A model generated the notes under the pieces. It was not told the DNA's origin, did no database searches, and saw only the letters and a program-made list of their open reading frames with translations. 64,000 bases of DNA from Coriobacteriaceae bacterium (GTDB lineage Bacteria; Actinomycetota; Coriobacteriia; Coriobacteriales; Coriobacteriaceae), in assembly GCA_015062655.1 (NCBI GenBank), contig SUUG01000004.1, positions 1,140 to 65,139 of the forward strand, read 5' to 3'. The position numbers and the translations under genes were made by a program. Shown in pieces: positions 1-9,030 of this stretch. The stretch's first letter is position 1, and each line of letters starts with the position of its first letter.

Positions 1-2646
1 GTCGATGATCCCCTGCTTGGACTCGAAGTCCCGCGCGTAGATGTCGATCGTGTAGGGCTTGCTCATATCGGCATAGTCGAGCTTGGCGAGGTTTCCGTCG
101 AGGCTCGAGGGCGTGCTCCCCATCATGGAGGTCACGAGCGAGGTCAGCTCCTCGTCGGTCATGTTCATCTTGAAGGCGTCCTTGAACGCGTCGGCGTCGA
201 TGCTCACAGCCTCGGACATCCCCTCGGAGAGCTGCGCGGTGGCGCGCGTCATCGCCTCGGTCATCGCGGTCTCGAGCTGGCTTGAGACCGCATCGACGAC
301 CTCCGTCATATAGGAGGCGAGCGCGGTGTTCAGCCGGTCCTGGATCGCCTTGACCTGCTCCTGCTGCGCCTGCTCGACGGCGCTGAGATCGACGAGGCCG
401 CGCCGCATCGCCGAGGCGATGATCTGCTGCGCGGCGTCACTCGCCAGGTACTGCTCGACCATCGCCCCCGGCTCGTCGCTCGGTTCGACCTCGCCGGCGG
501 CCACCGCGTCGCGGAAGCCCTGCATGAGCTCGTCACCCATCGCGGCAGCGACCTCCTGGTTGATCTTGATCTCCTCAAGGCCCTGCGAGAGGTTTGGCGT
601 GCCGCCATCGGGCGACTGGAGCAGCTGCCCGAGGTCGAGGTCGGGCTGCGGCAGGCTTGAGGAGTCAAGGTCGAAGCTCAGGTCGTCGAGGTCGAGCTGG
701 AGCTTGCCCGGGTCGAAGGTGAAGGCGGCCTCGATCGCCCCGGTGTCGATACTGAAGAGGTTCGCCATATCGAAGTCGGTGGAGCCCTTCCCCTCATCGG
801 CGAAGCTTTTGCCCGTGAAGACGTCCGTCTCCGGCGAGGCGAGCTGGTCTTTGACCACTTGGGAGCCGGCGGCCACCTCGATCAGGTGCTCGGTGAGCTC
901 CGGCGTGTAATAGACCCCCGAGGAGAGCGCCGTCGACTTGGACCCCTCCCGCGCCTGCACGATGCCCGAGACCACGAGGTCCTCGCCCACGGCGATCTGC
1001 TGCGCCACATAGGCGTCGTCGTTGGACTTATCCACCCAGACGCCGAACTCGTCATCACGCTGATAGAGGTTCGAGGAGGGCACGAGCTTGAGTTTGAGAT
1101 CCATGAAGTCGTCGTAGGTGAAGGTGGCGTCGTCCTCATCGACGGTGATCTCCTCGCCGTTCATGTACGCCCGCGTCATCTCATCCAACTTGGTGCGGTC
1201 GCGCAGGCCAAGCGTGTAAAGCATGAGGTCGCTCACGCCGCCGTCGGAGGAGAGCACGAGCACCACCTCGTTGCGGTTCTTCGGCCAGTGCCCCGCCTTC
1301 ACGTCGTAGCCGGCCTTGACCGTGTCGAGGTTGCCCGGCAGCTCGGAGAAGATATCGGATTTCATCATGTCCGACATCATCGGGCCGCCGGCGTTACCGC
1401 CGTAGCCGTATGCGGAGAGCGTGGTGTCGGGGTTGACCTGCTGCACCCCCGACCTCGTGTCGGCCAGGTAGATCCGGGGCGTCACGTTATAGCGGTACGC
1501 GACATCGCTCGCGAAGGCGTCGATATTGCTCTCGTCGCCATCGAGGAAGGTCTTGAGCGCGGCGAGGTCGTTGGTTCCCACACCTTCGAACATCTGGTTC
1601 ACGACGCTTCGCTCGCGCACCTCTCCGTCCTTGACCTCGCCGTCGTCCCCGCTCGCCGCGCCGCCCAGGCCCCCGCCCGCTCCCGAGGCCATGAGCGAGG
1701 TCAGGTCGAAGCCGGTGCTCATGATCTGCAGCGGGTAGGAGGACAGCGTCTCCTCTTCAACGGATGCAACGTAGGCATTCACACCGTTCGCGAGGGCGAG
1801 GATCGCCGCGATGCCGATGATGCCGATGCTCCCCGCGAAGGCCGTCATGATCGTGCGGCCCTTCTTCGTCATGAGGTTGTTGAAGGAGAGGGAGAGCGCG
1901 GTCAGGAAGCTCATGGAGGAGCTCCGGATCTTCTTCTCGCGCTCGCGGGTGCGGTCGGACTCGTCCGGATCGAACGGGTGCGAATCGGCGACCACGTGGC
2001 CGTCGGCGAAGCTCACCGTGCGCGTCGCGTAGCGCTCGGCCAGCTCGGGGTTGTGGGTCACCATGATGACCAGGCGATCTTTGGCGATCTCGCTCAAAAG
2101 GTCCATGATCTGGACGCTCGTCTTGCTGTCGAGGGCGCCCGTGGGCTCGTCGGCGAGGAGGATCTCCGGGTCGTTGATGAGGGCGCGGGCGATGGCCACG
2201 CGCTGCATCTGGCCGCCCGAGAGCTGGCTCGGCCGCTTGTGCGCGTGTTCGGCGAGGCCCACGCGCTCGAGCTCGCGCTGGGCGCGGCGCCGGCGCTCCT
2301 CGAGGCCCACGCCGGAGAGCGTGAGGGCGAGCTCGACGTTGGCGAGCACGCTCTGGTGCGGGATCAGGTTGTAGCTTTGAAACACGAACCCGATCCGGTT
2401 GTTGCGGTAGGTGTCCCAGTCGCGGTCCTTGTAGTCACGGGTGGACACGCCGTCGATCGTGAGGTCACCCGCATCGTAATGGTCGAGGCCGCCGATGACG
2501 TTCAGCAGCGTCGTCTTGCCTGAGCCGCTCGGGCCGAGGATCGCCGCGAACTCGTTGTCGCGAAAGCTGATCGTCACGCCGTCGAGCGCGACCTGCGTGA
2601 AGTCGCCCGTGGTGTATGACTTTCGAATGTCAGTGAGTTGAAGCAT
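1..2646 (-). CDS. Fused ABC transporter ATP-binding/permease (MacB/FtsX-like), 3' end beyond the window
   Basis: Manual translation from ATG at 2646: [23 protein letters not shown]..., Walker [10 protein letters not shown], signature [15 protein letters not shown], Walker [13 protein letters not shown], then FtsX-type TM segment ([25 protein letters not shown]). No stop in the window, so it is absent from the ORF track. Confidence 0.92.
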   Translation of the reverse strand, partial: MLQLTDIRKSYTTGDFTQVALDGVTISFRDNEFAAILGPSGSGKTTLLNVIGGLDHYDAGDLTIDGVSTRDYKDRDWDTYRNNRIGFVFQSYNLIPHQSVLANVELALTLSGVGLEERRRRAQRELERVGLAEHAHKRPSQLSGGQMQRVAIARALINDPEILLADEPTGALDSKTSVQIMDLLSEIAKDRLVIMVTHNPELAERYATRTVSFADGHVVADSHPFDPDESDRTREREKKIRSSSMSFLTALSLSFNNLMTKKGRTIMTAFAGSIGIIGIAAILALANGVNAYVASVEEETLSSYPLQIMSTGFDLTSLMASGAGGGLGGAASGDDGEVKDGEVRERSVVNQMFEGVGTNDLAALKTFLDGDESNIDAFASDVAYRYNVTPRIYLADTRSGVQQVNPDTTLSAYGYGGNAGGPMMSDMMKSDIFSELPGNLDTVKAGYDVKAGHWPKNRNEVVLVLSSDGGVSDLMLYTLGLRDRTKLDEMTRAYMNGEEITVDEDDATFTYDDFMDLKLKLVPSSNLYQRDDEFGVWVDKSNDDAYVAQQIAVGEDLVVSGIVQAREGSKSTALSSGVYYTPELTEHLIEVAAGSQVVKDQLASPETDVFTGKSFADEGKGSTDFDMANLFSIDTGAIEAAFTFDPGKLQLDLDDLSFDLDSSSLPQPDLDLGQLLQSPDGGTPNLSQGLEEIKINQEVAAAMGDELMQGFRDAVAAGEVEPSDEPGAMVEQYLASDAAQQIIASAMRRGLVDLSAVEQAQQEQVKAIQDRLNTALASYMTEVVDAVSSQLETAMTEAMTRATAQLSEGMSEAVSIDADAFKDAFKMNMTDEELTSLVTSMMGSTPSSLDGNLAKLDYADMSKPYTIDIYARDFESKQGIID

Positions 2647-2880
2647 CTGCGCTCGCTTGTCGTGGTTTCAGATGCGGCCGGCGCGGGGCGCTATGGCACT
2701 GCGGGGATCCGTTGTGGTTCTGCGGGGTTGTCGTACCCAGATTGCCCCTCCCTAGCCGCTCGTGCGTGCGCGAACATATACTTTTCAGTGAAAGGTAGAT
2801 GGGCCTCGCGGGATGGCTCCGTGCGCCGCAGGTGGGCGGGCGCGCATATACCCCGGCGGAGCCGCGGCGCTGCGTCCGAA

Positions 2881-2906
2881 AAAAACGGGGCCCGAAGGCC
2901 CCGTCT
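2881..2906 (-). terminator. Intrinsic terminator downstream of the LPXTG gene
   Basis: Minus strand ACGGGGCC-TTCG-GGCCCCGT followed by TTTTT. Confidence 0.85.
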
Positions 2907-2928
2907 CAACAAACCGTTGTCGCCGTCG

Positions 2929-3712
2929 TCACTCCTTGCGCCGCTTGAGCACGAGCGCGGCGATCACCGCGGCCGCACCCAGCCCAACCAGGATCCCGAC
3001 GCCCGCGAGCACATAGTCGCCCGTCTGGGGCAACGTCTTCGCACGGCGCCCCCTCTTGGGGCCGCCTTCTTCGAGCCGATCTCGTTGCCGTCGGCATCAG
3101 TGCTGTTGAGCGTCGCACGGGTGCCGTCACGGGTGTTGCTCGCCACCTTCGCGTCGCCATTGGTCACGTAGGCGTACTCGCCGAGCAGATCGTCGGTGAG
3201 GTCCTCGCCGGTTCCCCAGTACCAGCCCGGCAGGTCGAGGACAGACCGCGCTCGGAGCTGCCGGGCGCCACCGAGTAGCCGCTGTCGCGCACCGCCGCCT
3301 TCACCTGGTCAAGGTTGATGTGGTAGGTTCCGCCGGTGTACCGGGCGTCGTTCACCGCAGCGGAGTGGCGGTTCATGTAGACGTTGTAGACCTCGAGCAC
3401 CAGCTTCAGGTTCCTGTAGTTGTCGACGTCGATGATCGAGCGGTTCATCTTCGCCATGTCGACGTCGTCGGCGGAGGCGAAGTTCGACGTCTCCTCGGAG
3501 TCGTCCGTGCAGTACAGGCCGTACTGGAGGCCGCCCGCCTCGACCGACTCATCGTTCACCATGGTCGCGGTGCCGTCGGCCGTCGTGCCCGCACCGGTGA
3601 AAAAGCTGCTTTCAGACGGTGCGGCGAGAGCCGCGTGCGGGTTCACCATCGCGAGCGCCAGGGCGGCCGCGGCAGCAAGCCCGCACACCATCGTTCTCGG
3701 ATGCCTTCTCAT
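2929..3712 (-). pseudogene. Sortase-anchored (LPQTG) surface protein interrupted by two -1 frameshifts
   Basis: Signal peptide MRRHPRTMVCGLAAAAALALAMVNPHAALA in frame 1; ...VLDLPGWYWGTGEDLTDDLLGEYAYVTNG...GSKKAAP in frame 2; KRGRRAKTLPQTGDYVLAGVGILVGLGAAAVIAALVLKRRKE* (LPXTG + TM + basic tail) in frame 3. Confidence 0.8.
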
Positions 3713-3832
3713 CTCGAAGTCTCCCAACTATAACTGTGCAAATACGTGTGGGAGCAGGGATATGGCAACGGCGGCGCATCCGCGCGGTCAGAAAACGATT
3801 GCACAACTTTTGCGCAGCGAAGGGGGTGGCCC

Positions 3833-5281
3833 TCACACCTTCGGGAACGTCACCGTGACCGTCGTCCCCTGGCCGACCTCGCTGGCCAGGTCGATCCGCG
3901 CGCCGTGGTAGAGCGCGGCGTGCTTCACGATCGCAAGGCCGAGTCCCGTGCCGCCGCGCGACTTCGACCGGCTCTTGTCCACTCGGTAGAACCGCTCGAA
4001 GACCTTCCCCTGCTCCTCGGGGGCGATCCCGATGCCCGTGTCGGCCACGCGCACGAACGGCTCCCCCGCCCCGTTGGCACCGCAGGTCACCGTCACCGCA
4101 CCGCCCGGCTTGTTGTAGCGGATCGCGTTGCTCGTGAGGTTGTAGACGAGCTCGTCCAGAAGGCGCGGCACACCGGCCACCACCGCCGGCTTTGTGCTGA
4201 CCGCGAGCCGCACCTCGTTCTTGCGCGCGATGCCCTCGAGCCGCTGCGTGACGACCTCCACGAGGTGCGGCAGCTCGATCTCCTCGTGTGCGCCGAGCAC
4301 GTCGCCCATGGCCTGGACCCCGCCCTCGGCGTGCTCGGATTCGTCGAGGTTCGACAGGGTGAGGATGTCGTTCACGAGCGAGGTCAGCCGCCCCGCCTCC
4401 CGGTGGATGCGGCCGGCGAAATCCCGCTGGTCCTCCTCGCTGGCCACCATGCCCTCTGCGATGAGCTCGGCGTAGCCCGAGATGGTGGTGAGCGGGGTCT
4501 TCAGCTCATGTGTGATGTTCGCCGTGAACTCGCGGCGCATGCGGTCGTTGTCGGCCAGCACCGCCATCTGCCGCTTGAGCTCCTGGCGCTGCTTCTCGAT
4601 GCGGTCGAGCATGGGGCGCATCTCGGCGTAGGCGTTGTCGACGCTCCGGCGCGGATGGTCGAGATCGACCAAGGTGAGCGGCGCGATGATGGCCCGGGCC
4701 TCGCGGCGGGCCGTCACGAGCGCGACGATGAGGGCGACGCCGGCGAGCGCGGCGACCGGGCCCACGAGCGTGACGAACACGGAGAGCAGGCCCTCCTGCT
4801 CCTTCGCGAGGCGCACCACGGTGCCGTCGTTCAGGCGCACGGCCTCGTAGATCATCACCTCGCCCAACGTGGAGCTCGCACGCCTCGACGCACCCGTGCC
4901 CGAGCGCATGGCCTGTTCGATCTCGGGCCGCTGCGCGTGGTTGCCGAGCCGCGACGCGTCGCCGACGCTGTCGAAGAGCACCGTTCCGTCGGTTCCCACG
5001 AGGGTGACGCGCGTGTCCTCAAGCTTGAGCTGGGTGAGCAGCGTGGTGTCGTCCATCGCGTCGTCGAGGGCGGCCGCAGTGACCGATGCCTCGTCGGCCA
5101 GGCACGAGCGTGTGGACTCCGCGAGGCGCCGCTGCAAGAAGATGGTCCCCGCGAGCGAGAACACCACGATCGCGGCGAGCGCGACGGAGAACACCGACCA
5201 GAACACGCGGTGCGAGAGCGAACGGCGGTCCTGCGAGCGACGGCGCTCGCCGGCCGGCCGGGGGACCTGTTCCTCGGGCAT
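3833..5281 (-). CDS. PhoR-like sensor histidine kinase
   Basis: Two TM segments, H-box ITHELKTPLTTISGYAEL, N-box NAIRYN, G-boxes DTGIGI and GGTGLGLAIVKH. Start placed at ATG 5281 (MPEEQVP) just after the response regulator stop; the upstream ORF extension overlaps the regulator. Confidence 0.9.
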   Translation of the reverse strand: MPEEQVPRPAGERRRSQDRRSLSHRVFWSVFSVALAAIVVFSLAGTIFLQRRLAESTRSCLADEASVTAAALDDAMDDTTLLTQLKLEDTRVTLVGTDGTVLFDSVGDASRLGNHAQRPEIEQAMRSGTGASRRASSTLGEVMIYEAVRLNDGTVVRLAKEQEGLLSVFVTLVGPVAALAGVALIVALVTARREARAIIAPLTLVDLDHPRRSVDNAYAEMRPMLDRIEKQRQELKRQMAVLADNDRMRREFTANITHELKTPLTTISGYAELIAEGMVASEEDQRDFAGRIHREAGRLTSLVNDILTLSNLDESEHAEGGVQAMGDVLGAHEEIELPHLVEVVTQRLEGIARKNEVRLAVSTKPAVVAGVPRLLDELVYNLTSNAIRYNKPGGAVTVTCGANGAGEPFVRVADTGIGIAPEEQGKVFERFYRVDKSRSKSRGGTGLGLAIVKHAALYHGARIDLASEVGQGTTVTVTFPKV

Positions 5282-5286
5282 CCGCC

Positions 5287-5967
5287 CTACTCCGTGGTCT
5301 CGGCGAACCGGTACCCCACGCCGCGGACCGTCTCGATCAGGTGCGCGTGGCCGCCGAGCTTCTGGCGCAGGGTCTGGACGTGCACATCGACGGTGCGGGA
5401 GCCGCCGTCGAAGTCCCAACCCCAGACGCTTTGCAGCAGGGACTCGCGCGAGAAGACGATGCCGGGCTTGCGCATGAGGTACTCGAGGAGGTCGAACTCG
5501 CGCAGGGTGAGCTTGAGCTCCTCGCCGTCCACCGTGGCGCGGCGATGGCTCGGCGACAGGGAGATGCCCGAGAGCTCGAGCGAGTCCGAGACCTTCTTGG
5601 TCATGCCACCGCGGCGCAGCAGGGCGCGGCACCGGCTCGTGAGCTCCATCAGGGAGAAGGGCTTGGTGAGGTAGTCGTCGGCGCCCCCGTCAAGGGCGAC
5701 GACCTTGTCGAGCTCGGCGTCTTTGGCCGTGAGCATCATGATGGGCACCTGGGCGGTCTCCTGGTCAGCGCGAAGGCGGCGCAGGATCTCCAGGCCGTCG
5801 GTGTCGGGGAGCATGATGTCGAGCAGGACGGCATCCGGCACGCGTTTGGCCACCGCGGCCTTGAACTCGCTGTCGCAGCTGAAGCCCTCGGCGTCGATGC
5901 CCTGCTGATGAAGGGCGTACAGGGCGAGCTTGCGGATGTTGTCATCGTCTTCGACGTAGTAGATCAC
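5287..5967 (-). CDS. OmpR/PhoB-family response regulator (PhoP-like)
   Basis: Receiver EDD, LLDIMLP, MLTAK, DDYLTKPF; winged helix with SRTVDVHVQTLRQKL and ETVRGVGYR. Confidence 0.93.
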   Translation of the reverse strand: MIYYVEDDDNIRKLALYALHQQGIDAEGFSCDSEFKAAVAKRVPDAVLLDIMLPDTDGLEILRRLRADQETAQVPIMMLTAKDAELDKVVALDGGADDYLTKPFSLMELTSRCRALLRRGGMTKKVSDSLELSGISLSPSHRRATVDGEELKLTLREFDLLEYLMRKPGIVFSRESLLQSVWGWDFDGGSRTVDVHVQTLRQKLGGHAHLIETVRGVGYRFAETTE

Positions 5968-6001
5968 CGGGCACCCCTTACGGTCGCGTCATGCTGTCAA
6001 C

Positions 6002-6032
6002 ATGATACAACCGGTTTGTAAGCGGGAGGTAA
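6002..6032 (-). promoter_or_regulatory. Putative -10 plus 11-bp-phased direct repeats (OmpR/PhoB-type box)
   Basis: Minus strand TTAC-N7-TTAC, 10 bp upstream of TATCAT, ahead of the response regulator. Confidence 0.45.
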
Positions 6033-6157
6033 GCCGGCGCCGTGCAATCGGCGTGCGGGCTGGGGCAGGGCGATGGACGGGACGTGGCCGTGCGGCCGTG
6101 GGTCCGCGTGGCCGCGCGGCTGCCCGGCCTCCTGGCCAGACGGGGCGTCAAGCAGGC

Positions 6158-7522
6158 CTACGCCTCCGGCCGCTCCGGGGCGGGCAGCGCGATCGTAAAC
6201 ACCGTGCGCTCGGGGGTGGAATCGCAGGAGATCTCGCCGCCGTGCGCGTTAACGATCTCCTTCGCGATCGCGAGACCCAGGCCGGCGCCGCCGTGGTTGG
6301 TCGCGCGCGCCGCATCCAGCCGGTAGAACTTCTCGAAGATCAGTTTGAGCTTGGGCTCGGGGATCGGATCCCCCCGGTTCTCGACGGTGACGCGCACCGT
6401 CCCCTCCTCGCGGGCCGCGCGGAGCCAGATCGTCGACCCCTCGTAGCTGTAGGCTATCGCGTTCTTGATCACGTTGTTGAACACGCGCGCCATCTTGTCG
6501 CCGTCGATGAGCGCCGTGAGGTCGGCGGGCGCCTCGACCTCGATCGTCTTGTCCTGGGCGGCGAGCGTGGGATAGAACTCCTCCGCCACCTGCGAGAGCA
6601 TGAGCGAGAGGTTCACGTAGCCGCGAGTGAGCACGATGTCATGGAAGTCGAAGCGCGTGATGTCGAAGAACTCCTCGATGAGGGCGTCTAGGCGATGAGC
6701 CTTGTCGAGCGCGATGCCCGTGAAGCGGGCCCGCTGCTCAGCCGGCAAATCGGGGGCCTCCTCGAGCAGGGAGAGGTAGCCCACCACGCTTGCGAGCGGG
6801 GTCTTGATGTCGTGGGCGAGGTAGGTGACCAGGTCGTCTTTGCGGCGGGCCTCGTCGCGCAGCGCCTGGGCGCTCGCGCGCTCGCGGTCGCGTACGCGGG
6901 TGAGTGCGCCCTCGACGGCGAGGAAGTCCCCGTCGATCTGACTCCAGTCATCCGGGTTCTCGACGAGCCGGTTGACCACGTGGGCCGCGATCGCGGCGTC
7001 GGCGCCCTCGCGGCCGCGGTCGTAGCCAAGATAGTACATGGAGCGGCCGGCGAAGAACGCCAGGCAGGCGGCGAGCGCGAGGAGGAAGCCGCAGAAGGTG
7101 AACAGGTAATCGACGGTCACGAGCAGGTAGCCGAACGAGGATGTGATCGCGCTCCCAAGGAGCAGGACCATGAGCCAGATGGAGCCGCCGATCACAACAC
7201 AGCGGCGCGCCGGGATGAAGCGGTCGCACAAGACGTAGCCGCCGAACAGGAAGACCGCCAGCAAGGGCAGGTTCTCGAGGCGCACGAGCAGGAAGAGCAG
7301 CAAGGCGAGCACCGCCAGAGCGACGATGCGGCTGTCGACGACCTGCCGCAGATGGCCGAGGACGGTGTTGAAGCTGTCGTCATCCCAGGATGAGGCCGCG
7401 AACGGGTGGGAGGCCTCCTCCGGCCGCGCGGGCTCGCCCCCCGCGGGAGCCGGGGCCCCGTTTTCGAAGGGGCTGACGGGCTTGTGGTCCGAGCCCCTTG
7501 TGATGAAGTCGCGATAGCTCAA
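6158..7522 (-). CDS. VanS-like sensor histidine kinase
   Basis: LAHDIKTPLASVVGYLSLLEEAPDLP, ARVFNNVIKNA, IFEKFYRLDAAR, GGAGLGLAIAKEIV closely resemble enterococcal VanS as recalled. Start placed at TTG 7522 after an AGAAAGG RBS; the ORF-track extension to 7900 looks spurious. Confidence 0.85.
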   Translation of the reverse strand: MSYRDFITRGSDHKPVSPFENGAPAPAGGEPARPEEASHPFAASSWDDDSFNTVLGHLRQVVDSRIVALAVLALLLFLLVRLENLPLLAVFLFGGYVLCDRFIPARRCVVIGGSIWLMVLLLGSAITSSFGYLLVTVDYLFTFCGFLLALAACLAFFAGRSMYYLGYDRGREGADAAIAAHVVNRLVENPDDWSQIDGDFLAVEGALTRVRDRERASAQALRDEARRKDDLVTYLAHDIKTPLASVVGYLSLLEEAPDLPAEQRARFTGIALDKAHRLDALIEEFFDITRFDFHDIVLTRGYVNLSLMLSQVAEEFYPTLAAQDKTIEVEAPADLTALIDGDKMARVFNNVIKNAIAYSYEGSTIWLRAAREEGTVRVTVENRGDPIPEPKLKLIFEKFYRLDAARATNHGGAGLGLAIAKEIVNAHGGEISCDSTPERTVFTIALPAPERPEA

Positions 7523-7990
7523 GGTGCGATGCCTTTCTAGAACTCGCCTTGCAGCAGCAGACCGCCGGGATGGCGCGCCGCCGCGCACTTGGTCCTCCCC
7601 AGTATAAAAAGGGGTGCATCCAGCGTGAATGGAAGACTTGCTTAATATCGGGCTGCAGGGCGCGGGACGCGCGCGGTTGCTGCGGGGCGAGCGGTGCCGG
7701 GGTGCCTCGAGCGGAATGTGGGACGGATGCCGTGGAGCAGGATGCGCGGGCGGCGTGATCCGGACGCCGCGGGATAGAGCCGCGAGATGAGCGCTGTCCG
7801 CTGAACGCCATAGGACAAATGAGCGGGATCCATGCGGAGCCGCAGCATTGCGAGGCGGCGACCCCACACCGCACGGCGTCGCCGCCGCATGACCACGCAA
7901 AGCGACCCATGGCCCCAGCTATGCGGAGCCAGCCACTGCCGCAAGGCCGCTCGGGCCCCCATAGCCCTCTTCTCGCGGCCTTCGCAAACA

Positions 7991-8138
7991 AAAAAGTCGA
8001 TTGTAAGGGGAATTATCGGCTGAGGGCTTTTATCACACGTTTTTGGCGCCATTTTCTCATAGAACTGCCTGTTGGGTGCTTTACTACGGAAAAGTGTATA
8101 TAGCTCCTTCCGGAAAATCCCCTTACAATCGACTTTTT
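7991..8138 (+). repeat. Inverted-repeat-bounded element, copy 1 (148 bp)
   Basis: AAAAAGTCGATTGTAAGGGG (7991-8010) and its perfect complement CCCCTTACAATCGACTTTTT (8119-8138) around an AT-richer core. Confidence 0.9.
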
Positions 8139-8208
8139 GTTTTCAACCAACCCCCCTAATAGAGCCCCGAAGCATGGCAAACGAACAACAAAAGTCATAG
8201 ATCGGCGC

Positions 8209-8913
8209 CTACGCCTCGATCGTGTAGCCCACACCCCAGATGTTCTTGATGAAACGCGGATTCTGGGCATCGTCACCCACCTTCTCGCGCAGGTGGCGGA
8301 TGTGCACCATGACCGTGTTGTTGGACCCCTGCATGAACTTCTCGCCCCACACGGCCTGGAAGAGCTCCTCCACCGGCACCACATGCCCGCGATGCTCGGC
8401 GAGGTAGAGCAGGATGGAGTACTCGAGCGGCGTCAGGCGAACGGAGCGCTCGTCCACGTTCACCGATCGGGCGTCGCGGTTGATCACGAGCCCGTCGAAG
8501 GAGATCACCGCGGAGTCCTCACCGGCCTGGTCGCGGCTGCCGTAGCTCGTGTAGCGCCGCAGCTGAGCCTTCACGCGGGCCACGAGTTCAAGCGGGCGGA
8601 AGGGCTTCACCACGTAATCGTCCGCACCGAGCGAGAGCCCCTCGATCTTGTCGTTTTGCGAGCCCTTCGCCGTGAGCATGATCACGGGATAGGTGTCCTC
8701 GGCCCGAATGGTGCGCAGCAGCTCGAACCCGTCGATATCGGGCAGCATGACGTCGAGGACCGCCAGGTCGAAGCCGGTTTCCAAGATCGCTCGGGCGGCG
8801 TCTGCCCCGTTGTAGGCGAGCGTGACCTCGAAGCCCTCGTTTTTCAGGTAGATGCCCACCAGGTCGGTGATCGTCTTCTCATCGTCGACCACCAGGATAT
8901 GCGGATGCTCCAT
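8209..8913 (-). CDS. VanR-like response regulator
   Basis: ILVVDDE, YLKNE, DDYVVKPFRPLELVARVKAQLRRY, NNTVMVHIRHLREK, WGVGYTIE match the VanR-type OmpR subfamily; ATG 8913 after GAAGGGGG. Confidence 0.88.
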   Translation of the reverse strand: MEHPHILVVDDEKTITDLVGIYLKNEGFEVTLAYNGADAARAILETGFDLAVLDVMLPDIDGFELLRTIRAEDTYPVIMLTAKGSQNDKIEGLSLGADDYVVKPFRPLELVARVKAQLRRYTSYGSRDQAGEDSAVISFDGLVINRDARSVNVDERSVRLTPLEYSILLYLAEHRGHVVPVEELFQAVWGEKFMQGSNNTVMVHIRHLREKVGDDAQNPRFIKNIWGVGYTIEA

Positions 8914-9030
8914 CCCGTGCCCCCTTCCAGCATGCCGACCATTATCGCCAAGATGTCGCACCGCAACGCCATCCCCACATCCGCTTCAGTGAGTTTTAAG
9001 CGTTGCGCGCGCCATGCGGCGGCCGTCGAA

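Noticed and set aside
7813-7821. GGACAAATG shared with 59923-59931 near two IR copies
   Set aside because: Only a 9-mer, on opposite sides of the element and at different distances; insufficient evidence of homology.
7991-8138. Integron attC sites as the identity of the IR elements
   Set aside because: No GTTRRRY/RYYYAAC cores at the ends, no cassette array and no integrase; the copies are scattered singly.
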